Below are positions 21,839 through 31,299 of a stretch of DNA of 64,000 bases, in pieces. A program made the position numbers and the translations under genes. Positions within the stretch are counted from its first letter, which is position 1. Each line of letters starts with the position of its first letter. The stretch is from Histomonas meleagridis 2922-C6/04-290x (lineage: Eukaryota > Protista > Parabasalia): contig JAANOX010000037.1 in NCBI GenBank assembly GCA_020184695.1, positions 248,001 through 312,000 on the forward strand, written 5' to 3'. Under the pieces are notes generated by a model. It did not search any database. It was not told the origin of the DNA and saw only the letters and a program-made list of their open reading frames with translations.

Positions 21839-22489
21839 TTAGTGTTTTAATCCCCTTTGTTCAAGTAATGCCTTATAGGCTTCGGCCTTCTTTTGAGCTG
21901 CCTCCCTGCGTGCTTTCTTCTCTTTTAAGAACTTAGCCTTGCGGGCAAGACGGCGTGGAGTGATAAGACGTTGAATCTTTGGTTGTGTGAATTTGCCTGG
22001 TTTAACTTCACGACGAAGAACAAGTTTGGTAACATCGGCCTTCTTATCAGCACCAAAGATAGCCCTGATCCTTGTTGCACGCTTTGGACCATAACGACGT
22101 GGAACTACTTTATCAGTAAGTCCTTCGATTTCGGCATCTCCTTTCTTAAGAACAATGAGATGAAGAGCAGAGATTTCTGAGGAAATAACACAGCCACGAA
22201 CTGTCTTTCTCTTGCGTTCTCCATCTTTGCGTGGGCGATAGCATGATGTGCCTGCACGAAGAAGAAGGCGGACACGACGTGGAGTAAGAACACCTTGTTT
22301 CATTGGAAAGCCTTGTTTATCGAATCCACCACCAAGACGGAAAAGATAGCCTGCAAATTGTTGTCCAAGAATGGAACCATCGATATCTTGACCAAGACGG
22401 TGATCGTAAAGACTGTTAAGAGCAACTGGATCTTCAACATCAATGCAAATTTGTGTTCCGTGATCAGGATAAGCTAAAGTAAGCCTCAT
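21839..22489 (-). CDS. RPS6: 40S ribosomal protein S6 (eS6)
   Basis: MRLTLAYP..GTQ, GGFDKQGFPMKQGVL, RKDGERKRKTVRGC, VPRRYGPKRA, PKIQRLITP; ATG at 22489. Confidence 0.97.
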   Translation of the reverse strand: MRLTLAYPDHGTQICIDVEDPVALNSLYDHRLGQDIDGSILGQQFAGYLFRLGGGFDKQGFPMKQGVLTPRRVRLLLRAGTSCYRPRKDGERKRKTVRGCVISSEISALHLIVLKKGDAEIEGLTDKVVPRRYGPKRATRIRAIFGADKKADVTKLVLRREVKPGKFTQPKIQRLITPRRLARKAKFLKEKKARREAAQKKAEAYKALLEQRGLKH

Positions 22490-22491
22490 GA

Positions 22492-22512
22492 AAAGGAAGG
22501 ACCATAACCGCA
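22492..22512 (-). promoter_or_regulatory. M3 (GCGGTTA) plus M5 (CCTTT) core promoter of RPS6
   Basis: Minus strand reads tgcggttatggtccttccttttcATG, matching the M3+M5 pairing described for Trichomonas ribosomal-protein genes. Confidence 0.6.
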
Positions 22513-23069
22513 AAAAATTGAATAGCTTATTTTCGGTTATTGGATGTGCTTTTTTTTTCTGTTATGAAATAAGTTATAAAATTTCAAAACCGTCAAAAAT
22601 TGAATGCGATTTCATGTATCTCGAAAAATGGAGTATATTGAAAATAATGAATGACTTAAGAATACTTAATAACTAAAGTTTAGATCATAATTTAAAAAAA
22701 TATTTGATTTAATGATAATTAATGAAGATATTTGAATTTAAAAATTATTAAAACCGTTTTGTTTCAATGAAATTATTTCTGTCACCTAATTTCAATAAAA
22801 ACATATTCCTTTTTAGGATGAAATAGTTGATTTTTTTTTTAATTACATTCGGTAAGAAGATATTTTTTTTAATTAACTTTTATTTATGGAAGTACTCTCC
22901 ATGATACTTTTGTTTGATATCCAAAGAAAAAAACTTGGTATTTAAAATGAATTTCTCTTCATTATTGGCAATATCCAATTCAAATCAAATCAAATGCTTT
23001 TGTATGAAAAATTCTTTTAAACTAATTGAAATCAAACAGGAATGTTAATAAACAAAATTTACACATAGT

Positions 23070-25274
23070 TTAGTCCGGTCTTATCTTACTCCCAATGATA
23101 TTCCTTACGTCCATATCATCATCATTTTCCAACAACTCAAGATAACTCTTTTGGCTTTTGTCGAGTAATCTCGCCAGCATTAGTCTCACGTTCGAAACTG
23201 GATCCTTTACGACGTCTTCCACGATATCTTTCAAGTTATCCAATGCATCAATTTTCACAATCGCAATTAATGCGATTTCTCTAATGTGATAATCCAATGA
23301 TTTATACATTTCTCTAATTTTATTTTCGAACGATTTCAACATTTCATCAGTTCCAAATATTTTTGTAATTTCCGCCAAAGAATTCGCAGCGTGAGTTCTA
23401 ACAATTGCAATTTTATCATTTAATAAACAAAAAACTGTATCTTTAAAATCATTATTAAACTCTTCGAAAGAAATATCATTTGATTTCTTTATAATGAAAT
23501 CGATTATTTGATTCTTCATTCTCCAATCACATTCATCAATTATCGAATTAACTTTTGACATTATCGAATCAATACAAACACCAGTACTTAAAATGCATCG
23601 AATGATTTCTTTGTCCATTTCTTTATTTCCTTTTCCTAAGTTCTGTTGGATGAGTTCACTTGCTTCAGTTTCATCACATGCGCCAATTTGTAATAAAATT
23701 GGTAACTTAGAAAACACATGAAACTTTTCTTCGTCCATTGCAAATTTCGTTTGCGCATATTGAATAGTTAAAACTCTAATGAACTTAATAGGAAGTGATT
23801 TAGTGAATACTTTAAAGACATTTTCTAAAAGCGATTGATATACAGATGGAATTAATCCTAAGAAGACTTTAGTACCATCTTCTTCACTAAATATTTGCGC
23901 TTTTTCAAATACTTTAAGATAAAATTTCTCACAAAGTTCTTGATTCGTATTTAATACAGAAAGAATTTGTGGAATTGATTCAAGAACATTTCGACTGATA
24001 GCGTCTTTGCTTAAAAAATACTCAATAAGTTCATATAAATCATTAGGTTCATATTTAACATCTTTTAATATTAAATACATTTTTGTAATGATTTCTTCTT
24101 TTCCAGATTTTTCTGTGGTTTCAACATCTTTGCTTTTCTTGATGATATTGATTAACTCATTATATCTTTCAGGTAAAAGTGAAAATGTTTTATATGTAAT
24201 ATTAACTACAAGTGTAACTAATCCATCGTTTAAGAAAGTTTCAATGAAATCAAAAAATTTGGAATTTAATATTTCATGTGGAAGTTTCTTGAAGATGTCA
24301 TAAGCTGAGGCTGAAAGATTATTAAAAACAAGCTTACGCCTATTGTTGGATGCAATGCGATGTATTAATGATAAAATTTTGTCAATGTTGTTGACACCAT
24401 CAATCGAATCAAATGCTAATGGTAACTTCCGAATAAAGCGATTTAATGCTGCATTCATAAGACCACTGTCGAGGATATATGGATAAAGATAATCGAGGGT
24501 GTTTGAAGGCCCAATTTTTTCTACAATTGGTCTGAGATTTGAAACAGCTGAAAGTTGAGCTGTTTTGGAATTAACACGCAGCCTGGAAATAGTTTCAAGT
24601 GCTGATTCATTAAGATCAAAATCATCAGGGAAAATAAGAGATTTATGATTAGTTGTAATAATATGTATTAAATCATCAATATGATTGAGAGAAGATTCTA
24701 CGTAAGTGAAATTGTGAGTTGAGGAATAACTGACAGCTTTTTCTTGAGTGGTATTTTGAGTTTCTTCAAGATCGATCTTATTTCCAACCAAAATAAAAGA
24801 AGTAGTTGAAGATATACTTTGTGGAAATTCATCTATCCATGCGCATAGATGATCAAATGATAAACTGGAGTCAATAGCATACATTAAAATGATAATATTT
24901 GAATTTTGAAATATATCAAAATTTTCATGGCTAAAACATATCTTCTGAGTTTGTTCATCACTTGATGTATCATTTTCCTTTTCGATTTTTATGTCGTATG
25001 TAATAAAATCATATTTTACATCTGAATTTTTGATAACATCATTGCATGTGAGTTTTTCAATTACAGATTTTTTTCCAACACCAGGATCACCAACAAAAAT
25101 GATTTTTTTGTTTGTTTCCATTGTGTTTTTATTTGCGGTTTTGATCGTCTTTTCGCTTGGCCGTTTTTCAGGTGAATAGCCGTTGTCTTTGAATGCATCC
25201 GCCTGAGCAATGTATAGTTTACATATATCATATTGAATATTCAGTAAATCTGCGGATATTTGAGAGATAACCAT
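23070..25274 (-). CDS. Degenerate Rab-like GTPase domain fused to PP2A scaffold (A subunit)-like HEAT repeats
   Basis: KIIFVGDPGVGK, IILMYAIDSSLSF and LVGNKIDL, then HEAT repeats: DWRMKNQII, LNDKIAIVRTHAANSL, DYHIREIAL, KDPVSNVRLMLA, ENDDDMDVR. Confidence 0.72.
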   Translation of the reverse strand: MVISQISADLLNIQYDICKLYIAQADAFKDNGYSPEKRPSEKTIKTANKNTMETNKKIIFVGDPGVGKKSVIEKLTCNDVIKNSDVKYDFITYDIKIEKENDTSSDEQTQKICFSHENFDIFQNSNIIILMYAIDSSLSFDHLCAWIDEFPQSISSTTSFILVGNKIDLEETQNTTQEKAVSYSSTHNFTYVESSLNHIDDLIHIITTNHKSLIFPDDFDLNESALETISRLRVNSKTAQLSAVSNLRPIVEKIGPSNTLDYLYPYILDSGLMNAALNRFIRKLPLAFDSIDGVNNIDKILSLIHRIASNNRRKLVFNNLSASAYDIFKKLPHEILNSKFFDFIETFLNDGLVTLVVNITYKTFSLLPERYNELINIIKKSKDVETTEKSGKEEIITKMYLILKDVKYEPNDLYELIEYFLSKDAISRNVLESIPQILSVLNTNQELCEKFYLKVFEKAQIFSEEDGTKVFLGLIPSVYQSLLENVFKVFTKSLPIKFIRVLTIQYAQTKFAMDEEKFHVFSKLPILLQIGACDETEASELIQQNLGKGNKEMDKEIIRCILSTGVCIDSIMSKVNSIIDECDWRMKNQIIDFIIKKSNDISFEEFNNDFKDTVFCLLNDKIAIVRTHAANSLAEITKIFGTDEMLKSFENKIREMYKSLDYHIREIALIAIVKIDALDNLKDIVEDVVKDPVSNVRLMLARLLDKSQKSYLELLENDDDMDVRNIIGSKIRPD

Positions 25275-25765
25275 TCGTGGTTCATTTGTGATTGGTTGTT
25301 CAATGTTTCAACAGAAATGTTATTTTCTCTTTGCTTTCTTACCATATCTCATTTTGTTGTTACAATTTTTTCCAAGAAATTCTGTTTCAAAAATTTTTAT
25401 AGATCGATCTATTTTCCATACAATTAATCACATAAAATTATGTACCTCAATTTATAAACAAGGTGTCTCTTTTACAGGAACATCATTTCTTGTTGAAGAA
25501 GCCAAAATTTGTAAAACAATATATTTTATTCTTCTGAGATTTAATGAATTAAATTTATCAAGGAAAAAATATTTCTCACTGTTAACGAAAAGTAACATTA
25601 CCAAAGAATTATTCAAAATAGAAACCATGAAAGCACGATTGATTAGCTTTATTATTTTCTTGTTTATCGAAAATGTAAAATTTAAATCATACACCAAACA
25701 TCTGAAAATAAAAGATAAAATCAAAGTTAAATTTTTTTTTTTTTTTTTTCATAAATTCTTTTCAA

Positions 25766-26902
25766 ATGTTTAACGAATCTAATTTAACTCTGATAATACG
25801 TAGTTCAACTGAATTTAATAATTTTTCTGATGAGATAAATAAAACAAAATATGTTTTTATTAGTGAAAATATTATGGCAATACCAGATAATGCATTTGTT
25901 GGATGGCAATCAATTGTTTATGTTAATTTTGGTAAACCAGTTTCAATTATTGGATTTTCTGTTTTTTCATCATGTCCTAAATTAGAAACAGTTATTTTTG
26001 GAGAAAATGTTACAAAAATTGACAAATCAGCATTTTCAAATTGTGCTTTGATCCAAAATATTACATTTCCAAATACAGTTCAATTCATTGCTGATGAAGC
26101 ATTTTCAAATTGTTCAAATTTAACGATTTTATCACTTGGTTCAGGTTTAATAAATATTGGAGATTTCGCATTTTCAAATTGTTACAGCCTTAAATGTATT
26201 AATTATTATGGTACTTCTGAACCAAACATTAGTAAGACTGCATTTTATAATGGTCAATGCGATAGTTATTACAAATCCATCATATGATAGAACAACTTTT
26301 AGTAATTTTACGGTGAACAAAGAATATATTAAAGGTGGTGTTTGCTCACCAATATTAACATATACATTTGCACAATCGAATATATTTACACAAACAAATA
26401 CATTTCCCCAATTAAATACACTTACTGAATCTCTTCCAAATAATTTAACTTTATCTTTTTCATTTATATTAACAATTTCATTATCTGTTACGTATTCACT
26501 AACTATTTATGAAGCTCAAACAAAATCATTTTTATTGTTTCAAAATAATTCAGTAAATACTTATATTGAAACAAAATTTATTTATTTTGATTATACATAT
26601 ATTATTTATTCGTCATATTATAATTATTATTCTAATTTTTATACATTATCAATTTTAGACGAAATGAACCACCTAATGGAATTTCAACCTCTGTTTTAAT
26701 TGGAATTATATGTGGATCAATTGCATTTGTTTTACTAATAAGTGGAATTGTTATATATTTAGTAAAAAGTCAAAATAAAAAAGTTGAATCTTCTGCAAAA
26801 ATGAAAAACAAAGATTCAACTACATCAAGTACAAAACAATATGAAGAAATAAATAAATTGAATGAAGATATTATAAAAGAAGATGAAGATAATTGGATAT
26901 GA
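25766..26902 (+). pseudogene. BspA-like (TpLRR) type I surface protein split by two compensating frameshifts
   Basis: LRR repeats (IPDNAFVGW..., IDKSAFSNC..., IADEAFSNC...). The frame shifts near 26252 and shifts back near 26645. The final segment encodes TM ILIGIICGSIAFVLLISGIVIYL-like helix and tail ...EDEDNWI* (TGA at 26900-26902). Confidence 0.75.
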
Positions 26903-27401
26903 AATTGAAAATATTTTTATGAATCTAAATTTTTTTTAATGAAAATATATTATAATATTTTTTAAAGTGAAAATTTTTGTTATGTGATCCTGATTTTTTT
27001 CTAGAAAACATAAGTCTTGGTTTATCATTATAAATAATAAAATGCATAAAATTTCTACTTCTGTGTAATATGGGATTAAAAATACACTTTTATATGTATA
27101 TTTCTTAAATTTATAGAAAGCAAACAGTTTTTCATTATACATAAAAAAATTTTTTTATATAAATAATCCTTTTGATATCTTTTGATAATAATTTTAGAAA
27201 CATTTCAAATATATATTCAAGAAGTATATCAAATTTAATGGAATTGTATGCAACAAATGCTTAGCTATAATTATGCAATCATTAATCATAAAAATGTTTT
27301 TATTTTATCTCAATTATCAAAAATTTTATAATTTTTTATTTATTTTTGTAACTCTCTCTTATAATATTATATTTCTATTACAACACTTCTATAAATTTTT
27401 T

Positions 27402-28814
27402 TTACATTTCATCAGTTGATCCAATTAATTCCTCCAATGTTTGTCTTATGTTATACAGAGGATCATAATAATTATCTTCTTCATATATCTGTAGGATTCC
27501 TTCAAATTCATCGAAGTTTATCGCTTCCAACATTTCGTTTGTTCTCTCGAATTTGACCGCCTCATCTATAATAAATGGGAAAAATTGGCCAAATTCATCA
27601 CAATAATCATTATCCTCCACATTAAGCAAGTCAAATAGACATGAAATTATACTCGGCTGTATTATTTTTTCGACTTCGCTTTCGTCAATTTTTAATGCGA
27701 TTCGAAGTAAACACATCGCAGACAATAGACGAACTATTGTTTGACCATTCTCAATCTCATAAAATAAGAACTCATAAATAGGAAAATTCCATATACTTGT
27801 CGCGATTTCATTAGGACAAATTTTAAGGATTCGATGAAGACATTCGAGATTATTTTTCAGGAACCATTGTTGCTGATTTGGAACAAAAAACATATCAAGC
27901 AAAAGAGGAATCTCATTTTGATTATCAAATATATTATGTTCAAATAATCCACAAATAATCAAAAATGAAAAAGCACTTTTCCGGTTTAAAGCCAAACCGT
28001 TTTTCGTATCGTACGTATTCAATTCCAATATTCTTGAAACTTTTTGACTAACGTAAAACTGTTGGCAAAGTTCAGAAATTTCTTCGGGTGATAATGAATC
28101 ATTGGTTGTTAAAATTAGATGAATAGAGTGAAGCACATATTTCATTCCAGTTGGATTTTGTAACTTTAAAATGAAATTAAAAAATTTAAAAATATAAAAA
28201 ACGACATCTCTCGGTAAATTTTGGTTTCTAGAAAGTTCATGAAACATATATGGAATATACTTGTTTTGCTTTGACTGAAACATTTTTAAATAAGACTTTG
28301 AAGATTTATATAAAATTGAGATATCAATTTTTTCAAAAATTGGGAAATTTGGAAAATTATATAATATGTTACCAACCCATTGAAATACAAGACATTGATC
28401 TGGAAAAGTTGCCTGAAGATTTCTCATTATTGAAATTTCAAATGAATTTTCAATCATTTCATTTAGAAGCTGAGGGATTTTCTTTGATAAAATAGATAAG
28501 CAAGAAAGGGAGTGGTGCAAAATTGAACCAAATGAGTTTGCTGAAAGCTGAATAAGAATTTTAATTGTTTCTCTTTTATTTAAATTAGCAATAAAACTGA
28601 TTTCATTCCTTCGAAGAAAATTATCTAATAGTGATAATTCTATTAGCATTCTACCCCTATTTTCAAGAATAAATGATGCATGGATTTTTAGTAAAGTTAA
28701 TTGTAATTTTTTTAAATCAAAGTCAAGAAATTGCTCGGTAAGCTCTGGATTTTCCAAGTCTTCACATTCCCCTAAAGCATGAGAGCTTTTGGCGGATTCT
28801 CTTTTGTATTGCAT
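27402..28814 (-). CDS. Hypothetical ARM/helical-repeat protein
   Basis: Long ORF (470 aa from ATG 28814) with an amphipathic helical-repeat pattern and an acidic C-terminus. Confidence 0.6.
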   Translation of the reverse strand: MQYKRESAKSSHALGECEDLENPELTEQFLDFDLKKLQLTLLKIHASFILENRGRMLIELSLLDNFLRRNEISFIANLNKRETIKILIQLSANSFGSILHHSLSCLSILSKKIPQLLNEMIENSFEISIMRNLQATFPDQCLVFQWVGNILYNFPNFPIFEKIDISILYKSSKSYLKMFQSKQNKYIPYMFHELSRNQNLPRDVVFYIFKFFNFILKLQNPTGMKYVLHSIHLILTTNDSLSPEEISELCQQFYVSQKVSRILELNTYDTKNGLALNRKSAFSFLIICGLFEHNIFDNQNEIPLLLDMFFVPNQQQWFLKNNLECLHRILKICPNEIATSIWNFPIYEFLFYEIENGQTIVRLLSAMCLLRIALKIDESEVEKIIQPSIISCLFDLLNVEDNDYCDEFGQFFPFIIDEAVKFERTNEMLEAINFDEFEGILQIYEEDNYYDPLYNIRQTLEELIGSTDEM

Positions 28815-28858
28815 TTTTAGGTATAAACGTTTCAATACAAAATTATCGTTTTTTCACA

Positions 28859-29812
28859 ATGCAAGATAAAATTCAGTTTGATCCAAACTGTCCAGAATCT
28901 ATGGATCCTGCATTGCTTCGTGAGGAACTTTGTAAAGGAAGACACCTTGAAGAAGCAGCAATTGTTTCAATTTGTGATAAATTAATAGAAATTCTCACAA
29001 GTGAATCTAATGTTCTTTATTTACAATCACCTATTACTGTGGTTGGTGATATTCATGGTCAGATTTTTGATCTTTTCAAAATGTTTGAATTATCAGGTCA
29101 AATTTCAGACGGAAATAAATATTTATTTTTAGGAGATTATGTTGATCGTGGGTTCAGTTCGATCGAAACCTTTGCCTATCTTGCACTTCTTAAGATTAAG
29201 TATCCAACGTCAATTTATCTTTTACGTGGAAATCATGAATCTCGTCAAGTTAATCAAATGTATGGTCTTTTTAATGACTGCCTTCAAGTATATGGTCATG
29301 CAGCTATATGGTTTTTATATAACGAAGTATTTGATACGTTACCAATTTCCGCCATCATTGACAAAAAAATTTATTGTGTTCATGGTGGCCTTAGTCCAGA
29401 TATCAAAATGGTCGGTCGTATCTTCACAGATATTCAACGGAAACAGGAGATTCCACAATGCGGACCATTTGCAGATCTTTGTTGGTCTGATCCAGATGAC
29501 GTAAAAAAGTTCATACCCAACAAAAGAGGCGCTGGTTATATATTTGGCCCGAATGAAGTCGAACAATTTCTTCATTTAAATCGATTAAATTTCATAGCGC
29601 GATCACATCAACTTTCAATGGCAGGTTACACGTGGCTATTTGACCAAAAAATTGTAACTGTTTGGTCGGCCCCAAATTATATGTATAGATCAGGAAATAA
29701 GGCATCTGTCATGAAGGTAAGTGAAAACGATGCAACCGAATTCTTGGTATATACAGAGGATTCAAGGAGTGACAAAAAGATAGAAGACCTAAAGGTGCCA
29801 TATTTTGCATAG
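28859..29812 (+). CDS. PPP-family phosphatase catalytic subunit, PP4/PP6-like
   Basis: GDIHGQ, GDYVDRG, RGNHE, HGGLSP, DLCWSDP, RSHQL, TVWSAPNY. Confidence 0.93.
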   Translation: MQDKIQFDPNCPESMDPALLREELCKGRHLEEAAIVSICDKLIEILTSESNVLYLQSPITVVGDIHGQIFDLFKMFELSGQISDGNKYLFLGDYVDRGFSSIETFAYLALLKIKYPTSIYLLRGNHESRQVNQMYGLFNDCLQVYGHAAIWFLYNEVFDTLPISAIIDKKIYCVHGGLSPDIKMVGRIFTDIQRKQEIPQCGPFADLCWSDPDDVKKFIPNKRGAGYIFGPNEVEQFLHLNRLNFIARSHQLSMAGYTWLFDQKIVTVWSAPNYMYRSGNKASVMKVSENDATEFLVYTEDSRSDKKIEDLKVPYFA

Positions 29813-30167
29813 AAAAAATCATGTAATAAAATTTAATTTAATAAATTTAGGATTGCTATTAATGCCGAAAACGATCCTTGAACAAACGATAGAAATTTCA
29901 GAATGACGATGGTTTTTTTATGTGGAAAACAGTTTCCTGGCCATTCAATTTATCTATCATATGTAAGCATCAAAATTTAAATCAAAAATTTCACTTCTTG
30001 CTGAAATGCCACAAACACATTTTTCATTTATGAAGCTTAGTTAAAGTGTGGCTTTCGAATCTATTAATCTCAATTATCGATCATCGCTTAGACAGTTTCT
30101 ATCGGCACCCCCCAGAAATTTTTTTGTCCAATTTCATAACGAGCATCGTAATTGTCGTAATGAGGTA

Positions 30168-30175
30168 AACGGTTT
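30168..30175 (+). promoter_or_regulatory. M3/Myb-like motif AACGGTTT
   Basis: 7 nt upstream of the ATG at 30183. Confidence 0.45.
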
Positions 30176-30182
30176 TCAAAAA

Positions 30183-30959
30183 ATGAAATCAGACGGAATA
30201 GTGGAATCATCATGTCTAGGGAATTTTATCAAAAAATTTGCCATCGTAGATTGGATTATTGTATTAATTATTGTTGCGCTCGCTATTTTTTCTAAAAAAT
30301 CGCCATTTCCTTCTGATTTTATTCCAACCATAAGCACAGGTATTGACGAACCGAAAAAGTCTGTAACAGTTCCGGTTGCTGTACTCTACATCACAATCTT
30401 TTTTGGTGGGATTATTCTTTTAATTTCATTTGGAATCATCTGTTCTACAAAAATCACAATATTAATGCAAACATTAGCTTCTTATTGTTTCTCTGTAGTT
30501 TTTACTTTTCTTGTTGTCGTATTGATTCAAAATATGATTGGACGTCCAAGGCCAGATACAAAATCATATTGTGGTGGAAACGGATCATTCAAAGATTGTA
30601 CTGAATCACTCAATACAAAACAACTCACCGAACAATACAGATCATTCCCCTCACTCCCCTCAGCAATTGCAATGGCAGTTGGTGTATTTCTTACATATTT
30701 CCTTATTGAGATTTGGTCAACATATTCATTGTTCCAAACATTTATTTCGTTAGTTCCAGTTTGCTTGGCTTTGTTTGTTGGTGCCTGTGAAATTTGGGAT
30801 CGAAATTGTCACATAGAAGATGTAATTACTGGCTTTGTAATCGGTTCATTAATTTCATTTGTTACAGTCAAATTCTTTACTCAACAAGTAAACGAGCGTA
30901 ACGAAATGAAACGTGAAGAATCTACATCTTCTTCATTTCGTATTTTATTCACTAATTAA
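30183..30959 (+). CDS. PAP2-fold membrane protein with degenerate catalytic motifs
   Basis: IQNMIGRPRP, FPSLPS and CEIWDRNCHIEDVITG are recognisable but altered PAP2 motifs 1-3. Confidence 0.8.
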   Translation: MKSDGIVESSCLGNFIKKFAIVDWIIVLIIVALAIFSKKSPFPSDFIPTISTGIDEPKKSVTVPVAVLYITIFFGGIILLISFGIICSTKITILMQTLASYCFSVVFTFLVVVLIQNMIGRPRPDTKSYCGGNGSFKDCTESLNTKQLTEQYRSFPSLPSAIAMAVGVFLTYFLIEIWSTYSLFQTFISLVPVCLALFVGACEIWDRNCHIEDVITGFVIGSLISFVTVKFFTQQVNERNEMKREESTSSSFRILFTN

Positions 30960-31299
30960 TAAAAGTGGCAGCTTGTATTATTAAATTTATATTCTTCTAT
31001 TTCATCATTTCTATAATGAAAATCATGTCAAACAATCATAATAAAAAACTCAATTTTTACTTTAGCTTAGAAGTTCCAGTTTTGCTTTATTTCATATATA
31101 TCCTTTATTAATGTGCACACACACTTTCTTCGTTCATTATTTTAAATTATCTAAAGTTCTCATATAGGGTTCAGATTCCATGTGAAATGTTTAAACATAT
31201 TTCTGGATGACGTTTTTCTTTGGAGTGCACCGTACCCAACTGATAACTCTAATATATTCTCAACAGTTACTGCGAAAGTATTTTTTTTTACGTTTACTT

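Noticed and set aside
25288-25773. 161-aa and 90-aa ORFs between the HEAT fusion and the BspA gene
   Set aside because: AT-rich translations with no recognisable motif. A decayed gene cannot be excluded but is unsupported.
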